NCBI RefSeq assembly: GCF_025526975.1
Contig: NW_026515670.1
Location: 1,364,001-1,428,000, forward strand
Direction: 5' to 3'
From: Fimicolochytrium jonesii
Taxonomy: Eukaryota
Length of the DNA: 64,000 bases
The notes beneath the pieces are model-generated. The model saw nothing but the letters and a program-made list of their open reading frames with translations, did no database searches and had not been told where the DNA came from. Shown piece by piece: positions 1 through 12,000 of this stretch. The position numbers and the translations under genes were made by a program. Each line of letters starts with the position of its first letter. Within the stretch, counting starts at the first letter, position 1.

Positions 1-611
1 AGCCTTTGCACCGACGCGCACGTTGTTCTGGGTTCGTTGTTTGAGGTACCGGTGGATACGTCCGACTGGGAATTGGAGCCCGGCCTGTGGAGTGTTGAAA
101 CGCGTCGTGAGTTATGGGTGGAAGCTCGTGGGAAAATGCAGACCCGTCGGAAAGTGCACGAATGCCGTCGAGATGGGACTCGCTTCCCGACACATACCCT
201 AGCGGCACGAGAGTAAGGGGCACCCTTGTTGCCTTCCTTATCCTCCTGTGCCTGCGCGGAGGAGACTTTGCCCGCTTTACCAGCCTACAAGGAAATGACA
301 TGAGAAGGTATGAAGTCAGCGATCGACCGAGTTGGAGCCCCGTCTGACAGGAGGGCGTTGGACATCACCGAGGTGTCAGTCATCTCCAGCGTGGTATTCC
401 CACACGAATGTTGCCCTGGCTATCTCGGGTGGCGATTCCAGACATCGCCGATGTGACGCGCCCATCGCCGCCATGTCCGAAACGCGTAAGGTTTGAAAGA
501 CACCCAAGCCCAACCATCCGCCCACTCACCATCGTTGATCAAAGTGCCTGTTACGAACCGAACGAAAAAGTGGGTCCTATGATGGAGTTTGACTGTAGGA
601 TGCCGACGAGC

Positions 612-660
612 GATGGATGGATGGATGGATGGATGGATGGATGGATGGGGGGGGGGGGGG
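612..660. repeat. (GATG)~9 microsatellite followed by a poly-G run
   Basis: gatggatggatgg... 612-648 then G-run to 660; a (CAT)6 tract follows at 725-743. Confidence 0.9.
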
Positions 661-947
661 CTCTAGGGGCTCTTGCGGTGTGGAGTCTGCGGTTGCAACG
701 CGTCGACGTGGAATGCAGGGAATCCATCATCATCATCATCATCCAGCCCAACCCTCATAATCGCAGATAAGGAAAAGAAGGACGAGACAGAGGACGTGAC
801 TCAGCAGCACCACTCTCACGCAGGACGCCCCTTGTCCGAAATCACTCGACTCTGAGACTATTCATTTTCCCACGGCAACACAAGTCCGCCCCAGATTTGT
901 TCAATAACCCAACTGTCGCAATAGTACAGCAATAGCACAGCATAAGC

Positions 948-3588
948 ATGGCGTCCGATATCAACCCTCCTACCAGCAGCAGCAGCGGCCGTATCTCCCC
1001 TCGTCGCCCACTTCCAAACGGCAAAACCGTCGACACCGCTACGAACCCTGACGCGCAAGGAACCGCAGCCGCAGAAACAGAAGGCATCTGGGACACCATT
1101 CTCAAAAGCGTCGCAACGACAAAAGTCACTCAAACAAAGAAGCTGCTGGTCGTCGGTGAGCTTATGAGTTTTTCGCAAGTAGAGGCAGATTTCACATGTT
1201 CAACTCACATTTTTACAAATGTACAAGGCGACGCCCAAGCTGGCAAAACCACCGTGATCAACGCGATCAAACAGTTCAAGGAGGAAGAGGTCACATCTCG
1301 GAAAAAGGCTACATTCACTGCACCAGTGGAGCTGGCCCTTTCGTACAACTATATGGATGTAACGGACGAGGAGAACGAAGGTGTGTCATGGTGAGTCCGT
1401 TTGCCGAAGGCGCGGCTTGTTGCTTTATTCCAAGTTTCCTAATCTTTCCAATATTAGACGTCATTGCACGCGTGGGGATATACCAGCTGGCCAGTGATGC
1501 GGCCTTTGAGAACCTGATGCGATTTGCATTGAGTTCGGAGGATCTCGCCGATGCCTTGGTGGTGATTGTGATGGACTGGACACGGCCCTGGACGTTCGTG
1601 CGCGTATTGGGGAACTGGCTCAGCGTAATAGAGCGGCACATCAACAAATTGTTAGAAAAGGAGCCAGATAGGCTGCGACACCTCCAAGAGCGAGGTGAGA
1701 AGTGTGCCGTTGGAGCCGGACAACTGGAAACATGATTCTCAATAGATGCATTTGCGTGAATAGTGGAGGCTTACTACCGCGGATATCGAGAGCCTGCCCC
1801 GGACGTCCAAGGGTCGACCGGAGACCTGTCCGGGAGAGAATCAACCACTGCCAGAATCAGTGCCCAACACCCGGTCGAGACACCTTTGGATCAAGGGGTT
1901 CTGACGAAGAATCTCGGAATACCAATAGTATTTGTGGCAGCCAAGGTATGCGCACGATCTCGGCAAGCGAAGCCGCCGATGCGACTGGTTCCAAAAGGCT
2001 CAGGAGTTGACCATTTGCTTCTTTCAAATCACATAGTCCGATGCTACGACCGCGCTGGAACGCGATCGCGGATTGAAAGAGGAGCACTTTGACTTTATCC
2101 AGCAGACACTGCGGACACTGTCTCTGAAATGTGAGTCCGCCCAGAATCATCGCCTGTGGATGCCCATCTCATTTCCAATCCGATTGTAACATCTTGATTC
2201 TCGCAGACGGCGCGTCTTTATTTTACACTTCCACAAAGCGCTCAGATACACTCGACAACCTCCGCAGCTACATCCTCCATCGTCTGTTCTACCATCCAGG
2301 GCCAAGCTCCGGACCGAACAACCAGTTGCGACCACCGCCCACATCGGTCGCTGATACGTCCGTGTTCCAGTACACACATCGGCCACAAGTGGTCGATCGC
2401 GACACGGTGGCTGTACCATGCGGTTGGGATAGTTGGGGGAAGATAAGGGTATTGAGAGAAGGCTTTGACTGCGCGGCGATCGCGGAGGGAGAAAGTCCGG
2501 CGGTTAGTCCGAGGGGCAGTGGCGACGGACATATCGTTCCATCGAGCAAGTCGGCAGAGATTTATGAGACGGTGATTCCTTCGCCCTCCGTACAAGAGGT
2601 AAGACTGTGTTTCCGTTCGGTCGTGGTTCATCTGGCTGTCTTATTCTTATCGTGTATTCGATGATTCCCGCAGTCATTACTGGCAGACCCCACGATGACG
2701 ATCGAATCCGAGCAAACCTTCCTCGAACGGCATCTCGAGATCCTGCAAACCACCGCTGCATCCTCCCCTCGCGGACCGAATCGCTCGCCGTCAAGCTCCA
2801 CTACCTCGTTACTGGACGGGAAGAAAACCTCTCGTCCGTCGACTGCGAGCGCCGGGAACTCGCAGGCATCGGTGAAGGTAAAATCTGCGGCGGCGTCGTC
2901 ACCAGATGACGCGGCTGCTCGGTTGTCGAAGGTTACGAGGAGGGTAAGTAGGATTTCGTGGTTTCGGCTTTTTGAAAATCTACATTTCTTCTTTTGGGGG
3001 ACCAGCGCCATCATCCTGCATTTTGACTCACACTCGATGGATACATTCCAGGACTCGAGCACGACAAAAAGCACCTCTCCCCAACCCTCCCCGACATCCG
3101 TCGACCACAACTTCTCCCTCTCTATCCCCGCCACCGCCAAAATCGCCGCTCGCAGCCGCAGCGGAACAACCTCCTCCCCACTTAGCCCGCCCGCCACCCA
3201 CTCATCCACCTCCGCCCTCTCCACCGCCTCAAGTTCCACATCTGTCGCCCCCAACACATCCAGCAGCGCCCCAACAACACAATCTACAACCACAACCGCA
3301 GGAGGTGGAGGCCCACCCCTATCCTCCCAAAACGAAGTCCTAGCAAACTTCTTCCAGTCCCTCCTCGCCAAAAAGACGACCACCGCGACCAGTCTATCCA
3401 CCACCGGGTCTGCACAGGGGTCGTTGACTTCGTTGCATGCGGCTTCGGGGGGGAGTACGAGGGGTAGTGTTGTGAATAGGGGTGAGAAGGAGAGGGAGAG
3501 GGAGGGTGTGTTGCCAGGGGTGGCGAGGAGGATTTCGGGGCTTGGGGGAACAGGTGGGGAGGGAAGGGCGGAGGAGGGGAGGAAGTGA
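948..3588 (+). CDS. DYNC1LI1: Cytoplasmic dynein 1 light intermediate chain (multi-exon)
   Basis: Splicing intron 1156-1227 restores the P-loop (LVVG-DAQAGKTT). Further motifs: LVVIVMDWTRPW, NLGIPIVFVAAK, FDFIQQTLRT, GASLFYT, VPCGWDSWGKI and the C-terminal adaptor-binding helix NEVLANFFQSLL. Confidence 0.9.
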
Positions 3589-4005
3589 GGGAAGGTGGTT
3601 ATGTGATGTGCTGTGTGTGCCTTTTGCGTGCGTGCGAGAAGGGCGATTAGGGCGATATGCTCAGTCGCCCCCTCTGAGCACCTATGTTACTGCCCTTGTC
3701 AGGATAGATCCACCACGGATATCATATCTTGCGCACCCCCATCCCTTCCCAATCAGCGCCCGTAGATACCGGAGAATCATTGCAGCTGGAACCGCATCTA
3801 CCGACTATATGTTTATATCCCATCTGAATTCACATACTGATGAGACGACATCCGGAATAAGTACTGTAAATTGGGGGGGCATCTTGCACAACGAGTCGCG
3901 TCTTTTTCCATGTCGCCAAAAGGACGTCGAAATTCATCTCCACCACAATTCTCTACCATATCACCATCCCACTTCCCACCACAAACACACGACCCTAAAA
4001 CAGAA

Positions 4006-5165
4006 ATGGCGTCCCAAGGCCCAGCAACCCCAGCCCTCCTGCCTCTCGGTAAGTCCCCCACGCACCTCCTGCACGCCCTCCTACATTGGTGGTTCCCACG
4101 TCCGCGCGTTGCAGTCATTTCCTCCCCATATGAAACGTATGATATAGACGAAAGCTAACCAATTGCTCCAAACCTTCCTTCTCACTCCGATACGTCACCA
4201 CTCCCCGTCGCCGCCTCCACTATCCGCGTTCCCCCATCTGCACCATTGACCCTCCCCAACAACCCGAAAACGAAATAACGAAAATGATCTCCCCATCGAA
4301 TCACGTGTCTCCAAATGGTCTTACGAAAAACGATACAGAACTGGTCGACAGATGCATCGGCTCGCGGATCTGGGTGCTGATGAAGTCCGAGAAGGAGTTC
4401 GCGGGAACGTTGTTGGGGTTTGATGATTTCGTTAGTGAGTGCTGTGGGGGATCACTCATTCATTGCGGTGTTGGACGGGAGACGAGGGTTGGGGAAGGGA
4501 AGGATGAGAGGATGGATGCGTGGGTGGGAAGTGCGGCCGGTGCACAGTCTGTATCCGAAATGGTCAAGGACGAAATGACGGGCGACGGGATCTGCAAAAC
4601 GCAGGGATGGGGCCGGGGATATATGTTGTGATGCCATGCGATGCGGGAACTCCCAGCGGGACATGCTGGACACGCCTAGCTCTCTGGGGGTTGTATCGCG
4701 CTGCATCCAATGCTAACGTTGTCACGCCACTCTCGCTAGACATGGTTCTGAAAGACGTCACGGAATAGTAAGTCCCCCCGTGGTTGTATGAGATTCGAAA
4801 ACATCCCCACAACGATTTTGAAACCCGTTGTTTTCTGTAAGCGAGAACACCCCAGAAGGCCGGAAAACGACGCATCTGGACCAGATGCTGCTTAATGGGA
4901 ATAATATCTGCATGGTACGTTCTTTCTCGTCATGGAGGGGGTTTGTTTTTGTTTGGAGATGTGTGTCCGTGTAAACTTACGATTTTGTTTCGCGGACGCT
5001 AGTTCATCCCTGGTGGAGAGTACGTATTCTGTGCATGTGCTATTTAAGCAACAACCAATTGTTTCCCAAGCCGGCGGAAACAATGCAACCATCCGGTGCA
5101 TTCAAACTCTGAGCCCTATACCGTACTCACCTCCCCTCTCTTCTCGCAGACCGCCATCCCAATGA
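4006..5165 (+). CDS. LSM5: U6 snRNA-associated Sm-like protein LSm5 (6 small exons)
   Basis: Exons 4006-4048, 4339-4434, 4740-4767, ~4841-4913, ~5002-5018, ~5150-5165 give [90 protein letters not shown]. Confidence 0.92.
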
Positions 5166-6256
5166 TCCTACCCACTACTCCGCCAAAAAGGCGACATACA
5201 CCCCTCCCGATCGCACGATTCCTACACACAACCCATCACCCAACCTCCTACCCAACGCTCGTCCCATTCCACCAGCGGTACAATATCGAAACACTCAAAA
5301 AAGTCCTCTCCCATCCCATCGCATCGCATCGCATCACCAGCGCCCCGCAGCCGCCCGCAAACAGAAACTCGGGAGCCTGAAACGAAAGATGTATGTGTGG
5401 GGCCGACGACGAGGTTCCCTATCTCGCTCTTCGAAACGTTCAGAGGGAAAACGGCGGCGGTGTTTATGTGGGGATTCAGCGTCAGGCGCTTTTCTGTGAA
5501 GGCGGGTATGCGGCGTGGGGTTGCGTGCGTGCATTGAATAGGGGAGGGGGGGGGGGGGGGATTGATCTCGGTATATTTCTTTCGTTCCTGTGGCCTTGGA
5601 ACGAGATGGTGGGGCTCTGCGTATTCACAAAAGCTGTTTCGAATATACATACTTGATGTGAAGAGAATCGAAGGAGCAAACTCAGCAAAGAGTGCGACCC
5701 GTGTTCCGTCCCTACATCCCGTTAGGAATATCGCACATGTTTTCGTTATCATCTGCTTCATTAATGTACAAAATATTTACAGGGAAAAAGTCGAAACAGG
5801 GAGAGAGAGAAATATAAAGACATGTACAAATTCAAAGCGGGGGCACAACGGGAAGCACGTAAGCCGCATAAAAACGAAAAGGGCGTTTATGAAAAAAAAA
5901 AAAAAAGGTTCGTTCACACCATCTTTCAACGTACATACATACACGTACGCCGAGTCCCAGTAGAGGGGCCAAAATAACATACGTCTTCGCTTTTGGATTT
6001 GTGTTGCGGTCGTCCCCGGTCGGGGTTCCCGGGGATTTGACCCGAGGGGGGCGGGAAACTGCGGTTCGGTGAATCAGAGGTCAGTTGGCGCGGGGCGGAG
6101 TGTGGGGGACGGGAAGGGTGAACGGTCCTCTGATCGTTCGTTATAAGGGGGGATGGTGACAGTTTCGCACGTCCCGTCTCGTTTTGTTTCCTTCCGACGA
6201 GCAGCTGCCGGGAACGATACTTTTACTCACGAAAGCTTCCAGTCCACAAAGTTGCG

Positions 6257-7848
6257 TCAGAGCCCGCGCTCAAACTCATCCGCCAACCGATCAATCTGCC
6301 GTCCAACCGCATCCAGCTCGCGCGTGTACCGCTCCGTCTCGTGGCGGATGAAGGTCGGCTGTTCCGGGGGTATCCCCATCATCGTTGCTCGTGTCGTTGT
6401 TGTTGGTGGCGGAGACGGTTCTACGACGGCATCGGTGGCCCACGGCACGGCGGGACGGACCTTGCCGCCTCGGCCGCCCTTGGTGCCCGAGACGCGGATG
6501 GTGGCGTAGAGTTTGCGTTGGGTTTTGGCGTCTATTTTGCGGTCGGTGCCGGCTTTCTCTTGCGTGGCCGTGTGCGAAGGCGATGTGGGGTTGCCGTAGC
6601 CTTTCGTTGCATGAGCAGCAGCACCGCCACCGCTGTCTCTTAGGGTGTGCATCGTGGCCGCGTTAACGGTTCCCTGTGGAGAGATCTGCGAGAAGGATTT
6701 GTTGTTGGCGTTGATCGTGCCGCTTCCGTTTCGGAAGGATTGCGGGTTTGACGACGCGGTGCGGTGGGAGATGGTTCCGCGCGGAGACTGAGACGGCGAC
6801 TCGGTGCTACTGCTGTTGTTGTGCGCCCGTCGGTTGTTCTTTTTTGAGGGCGTTGTGCCGTTGATGGTGGAGCTCTGTCCACTAGTTGCAACGTATTCCT
6901 TAGCAGCAGTATTTTCCTTGTTGGATGATGACGCGGAACCCAAACGGCTCAACCGCTCCACCTCCATCCTCAACGCTTCACACGTCTGCACGAGCGCCGA
7001 GTTCTCCTTCCGGGTCGTTCTCAGCTGGTCCTGCGCCTTCTCCATCGCGGTGCGCACTTCCTGCACCTCCTGTTGGTACTCCACGCACATCTCCTCCGCG
7101 TTCGACAGCTGCGATTTCAGCGATGTGACTTGGTAGGCTAACACCGACGCTTCGGCTTTCGTGAGGCCACCGCCATTCGTGACTTCTTCGTCGCTGTGCT
7201 GGTGGTGATGGTGATTGTGTCCACGCCCTTCACTCTTCTTCCGCAGCTCATCAATCACGCTCCGTTCAGACCGCAGCTCGTCCGTAAGCGCCGATATGAG
7301 CTCATCCTTCTCTTTCAGCTGGACATGCAAAGTCTCCTCCAGTTTCCTGACCCGCTCAGTCTGCTTCTGCGCGTCCTTTTGCTGCTGTCGGGACAGGATC
7401 TTGGTCCGCTTGACGCGCTCCTCTTCCGCTTTGGACAGCTGCTCGACGAGGGTTTGCAGGAACTTTTGCTGTGTTTTGACGGTCTCGAGCAGCGTGGACC
7501 AGTCGGCGTTGGCTTGCGTTAGAAGCTCGTTTTTTTCCTTGATCAAGTCATCTGGTTTGTTAGGTGGAAAGACGTGTCAGACGGCCGTGCTTTATTTGAG
7601 GGAGTAATCTCAGCTATGGTCAAAATCTCATCACCTTGCAAATCTTGATGACCACCATGAAATGTATCTCGGACGCCGTCGCCAGGGAACGTCTCTGCTG
7701 ACAGCATATTTTTCAGTGTATGGGTACGATCACTCGACCTTAGACGATGGGTTTCGTGGATGGAGTCGGTGTCCGAAACCGAGTTCAATGGACGCGCGAG
7801 AAAGGTGTCACTGCTGGATCTGGAGCTGTAAGTGCGAGAGGTGTGCAC
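6257..7848 (-). CDS. Uncharacterised coiled-coil protein; 5' end not resolved
   Basis: 429-aa ORF with long heptad-rich E/K/Q/L stretches, a low-complexity S/T/N linker and a short C-terminal helix. An upstream open frame (7543-7989) probably joins by splicing. Confidence 0.6.
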
Positions 7849-9086
7849 GGTCCTGCCAGAGTAATCTCCCCCTATATGGTAAGCTGGCTCAGGTCCCGGC
7901 GTCTTCCTGGTTGCTTCAATGGCAGGACGACCCAGGGTTCGTAGAGTATGCGTGAGCGGGTTGACGTAGTGCGAGCGAGAGGAGGACCGTCACGCCCGTG
8001 TTCTCTCGCCTCTCCAACCCGACGCGTAAGCTTGAAATTGAGCCCCCTGAGGTCTCGCGGAGACTCGCAGAGACCTACACATCTACGCTTCTTCAACCCG
8101 TCCAATGCACATTTATGATGGGTTGCATGGTTTTCTGATGCAAAACATAGGCAGTGCATAACGGTGGTTACTCTCGGGGTGCATCTGACTAGGAAGGCCT
8201 CCTTGAGTCTCTCTATGCGAAACCATGTTCGTTGTGAGAGGAGTACTCCATATTCGGCCCCCAGGCCGTATTCTGATCGTCGCGATGAGCAAGAGACCTT
8301 GACAGACTTTGTGGACTCTGGTGATTGGTTGGTGAGGGTCCCGGCTAAAAAGAGAAGCTACATCTTGTATAATGAATCAAGTGGGACGATCTGGGGTACG
8401 CATAGGAAAGGGCTATTGACCGACGGGCATGTATATGAGAGGTTTTTTGGCAATGTGAATCCTACATCTTGCACTATTGACAGAGACAAACTATGTACAT
8501 GGTTGGGGGTAATGAAACCTCTCACAAGGACGTCCTCAGATACGCCCGCTCTGTACGCAGCTCGGGATCTACGTCAGCGTTGATCCACAGCTTTCCCCCC
8601 AGATAGAACTCCAAAAGGCGCACGCAGGTATTGGGACGATAACCAGGTTCTTCCGGTATTACAACCAGGGCTAGCCCGAAGGACCAACGTACATTGCCAT
8701 CTCGGAAAGGTTCCGCACCCAACCTCCACCCGTGCTTGACCGTGTCCATCGTGTTGCGCACGTTGGATCATTTACAGAATAACGTGAGCATTTCCAGCTT
8801 TTCGACACTGTCGGCTTTGGAAATTCATGGTTCCCATGACGGCGCTTGGGGGGGAGGCGGGTGGAGCCTCTGAATTGCAAGCAAGGGTGCGAAAAAACGG
8901 GAGGCAAGGTGGAGAGCGTCCAGTTTCCGTTCTCAAGCAGACGCGTCCAGTGCCCCTTTTTCCCAAACGCGTCCGGCCGGCCCTGTTTTCAAAGTCCAAT
9001 TCTCAGAACTCCAGTGAAGGCCGCTACACCCAACACGCGAGGTATACATATACATATACACACCGCTACAGCTCTACCGTATCAGA

Positions 9087-12000
9087 ATGAACGCAGAAGA
9101 GGATTTCGCTGCGGTAAGTCGCTGTCAATTTTATGGGCCATCCAATGCATCCATATCTCACGCTTTCAATCCCAACCCCTAGATCAACTATTATTGCAGA
9201 CGAAAGCTATACCATCATGTCCACGATTTTTGCACGCAGCGTCTCAAGAGGAGAGTTGGAGACCCATTGCTGATATTCTGGAAGGCTGCGTCGCTGATAT
9301 GGCAAGGTAGCTGCGCATTGGAAGGCGTTGTTATGATTGTTTGATGGGAGGCTGATACACATGTGTGATGTTTTCGAAGCGGGACGGGCATCGGAAGCAA
9401 TACGTGGTCTGGAACCCCTCCAGGACAAGAAGGATCTAACGTTGCCGACGACGATTGCGCTCATCGCTGCCCATGAGCGATGCAAATATATTGGTAGGTG
9501 GGTGAATCTATGCCCAATCTACCGCTGTCCGGCCCTTAACACTAACCTTTCATCCTACAGATCAAGAAGCGATACAAGAACTAGAAGCCAAACTCGCCAT
9601 CTCCAGCGAGTCCGCCACCCCGTCAGCCCAAAGCCTTATTCTGACGGGAATGTTCCATCTTCACATCGGCAACCTCGCGGAAGCGCGCCGCAACATCAAA
9701 AAGGCGATCGCAGACAATCAGGCGCCGTCGGAGGCTCTGTCGCTGATGGGATGGATTGAGGCGGACCCGTCAGGACTAGCGCCTGTCTCGGGAAAGGCGC
9801 GGTCTTGGTTTGACCGTGTGCTGGAGAAGCAGCCCAACAACTCTGATGTGAGTTTTGGTGTCGCCGGTTTACGGAAATGAGATGGTTGTAAACTGACTTT
9901 CATCGGGGACAGGCAACCCTCGGCCGAATCCACTTCCTCCGCAAACGCCAACGCGACCTCCCCACCGCCGTCGACCTGATCTCCACCCTCGTCGTCCAAC
10001 ATGCCCACTTCGTCCCCGCCTTCATCGAGCGCATGTACCTCCTCGTGGAAAGCGAGGAGTGGGACCAGGTTCTGGACGCGTCGAATCGTGTTATTAGCTT
10101 GGCGCCGGATAGCTTTGATGCACGGATTGTGCTGCTGGTGCATTATTTGGCGAGGGAGGGGGATCTGGAGGCCGGGGCGGCGCATTTGAGGGACTTGGCT
10201 GAGGTGCGTCGTGGTCAAGCGCTGTACTTGCCGGGCGCGAGCGTACGGAGATAAAGGGAGACTGAAATAACCTGCTTTTTTGACAAAAAAAGGTTCTGGG
10301 AAAAGTGGAACCCACGAACGCACCCCTATACCACCAAATCGCACTTTTCCTCCGACGACTCTCGAACAGAACTCCGAGGTAAGCAACTAGACATAGCTTG
10401 CCCCATCTTCATCCCGTCTCCACGCTAATCAATATGCCCGTCAGCATCCTACAAGTATCCATGGACCTACTGCAACACGCCATAAGCCTCGACCCGGGAA
10501 ACGCCGAATATGTTGCCGAGACGGGATTTGTGTACTTCCAAACAGGTGGGTGCGCTGTTTTGTGGGAACTGTACATGACCGATTGGAGCTAGACATATTC
10601 ATTCACTATCAGATGACTTTCCAAGAGCGAAGGAAGCACTCCAAGCAGCACTCGCGCTCGACCCGCAGAACTGGTCCGCCTTCTTAGGTGGGTGCGCCGC
10701 CGATGACCTTCACCGTCCTCTAAGCGCTCAGAGCAACATATCACGAGCAAAAGCAAACTGATACCTCACATGTTTGTTCCAGGGCAAACCTTTACCCAAG
10801 CAGCCACAGGCGACCTCGACACCGCCGAAGAACAGCTCCAAATGGTTGAAGAGTTCCAACTCGGTGAAGGTAACAACATCACCCACCTTGGCATACTGCG
10901 GAGTTCCAGAGCATTTCACAAACCTCGTTCCTTCGCATAGCCGACCCCGGCCGTGTAGCCCTAGTCCACTCCATGGTCGCCTGGCACAAATACAAAAATG
11001 CCGCCGAGCGCATCAAGTGGCTGACTAAAGCGGCTGAGGCGCATTTGACGTTGGATTTGGAGGGGGCTTCTACGTAAGGCTTCGCTGCTTGTATCTCTAC
11101 GGGGTTATTTGAGAGACAGATGCTGACTTGTTGATGCAGGTTGGAGTATTATACTCGGGTGGCCCCAGAACTGGTCCTGGTGACGGCGTCGCAACTGGCC
11201 GTGCACTGTCCCTCCACGCCCAAACGGGAAGGTAAGATCCACCTTGCCTCACCTCTCGAACATGATCGACACCTGTAATCCATCTAATATAATGCCAACC
11301 CGCAATATCAGGCGAAGAAGCCCCCGAGGTCGTGAAACGAATGCTCGAGATGCTCGAAATCCTGTGCCGCATTGTTCCGGGGAACACAGATGCGTTGTAC
11401 TATAAGGCGAAAGCGCAATATTTGTCGGCCGACCAGGCGCAGGCGTTGTCGACCACGACTAGATGCTTGAAGATTAATCCCATGCACACCGAGGTACGGC
11501 GATCATAACTCGGATGAAGGGTCGGCTGACATCTCATTCTTAACGATATCTCTCCCCCCTAGGCCTACCTCCTCCTCGCCCAAATCCACCTCGCCCTGAA
11601 CCACGACCAGCAGGCGATGCAAGCCCTGGAGACCGGACTCAGCTACGACTTTAAAGTGCGCGAGGTGCCCCTGTTTCATGGGTTGAAGGCACGGGCTTTG
11701 AAGATGCAGGGGAGGTATGAGGAGGCGTTGGAGACGTTGAAGGCGGCGATGGAGTTGGGGGAGATGAGGGAGGGGGTTGAAGGTAGGTGTCACATTATTC
11801 TTGTTGCATGGATACATGCATTGCGCACGCAGACCGTCTAAAGAATTGTGAATCGAATTCAGAATCGAGAAAAATCTCATCAATCCGCACCCGCACCCAC
11901 CCCACCACCACCCACGAGCGCATGACCATTTACCTCGAACTCGCCGACGCCCACACAAAACTCCACCAACCCCTCCTCGCCACCCGCGTCATGCAAACCG

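Noticed and set aside
8436..8524. 10-bp inverted repeat TGAGAGGTTT/AAACCTCTCA with an internal mini-hairpin
   Set aside because: No tRNA or snoRNA motifs; short enough to be chance
8830..8843. X-box (RFX)-like GTTCCCATGACGGC upstream of TTC21B, and TTTCCCACGGCAAC upstream of the dynein LIC gene
   Set aside because: Only half-site matches, and not found consistently at DNAAF5 or IQCA1
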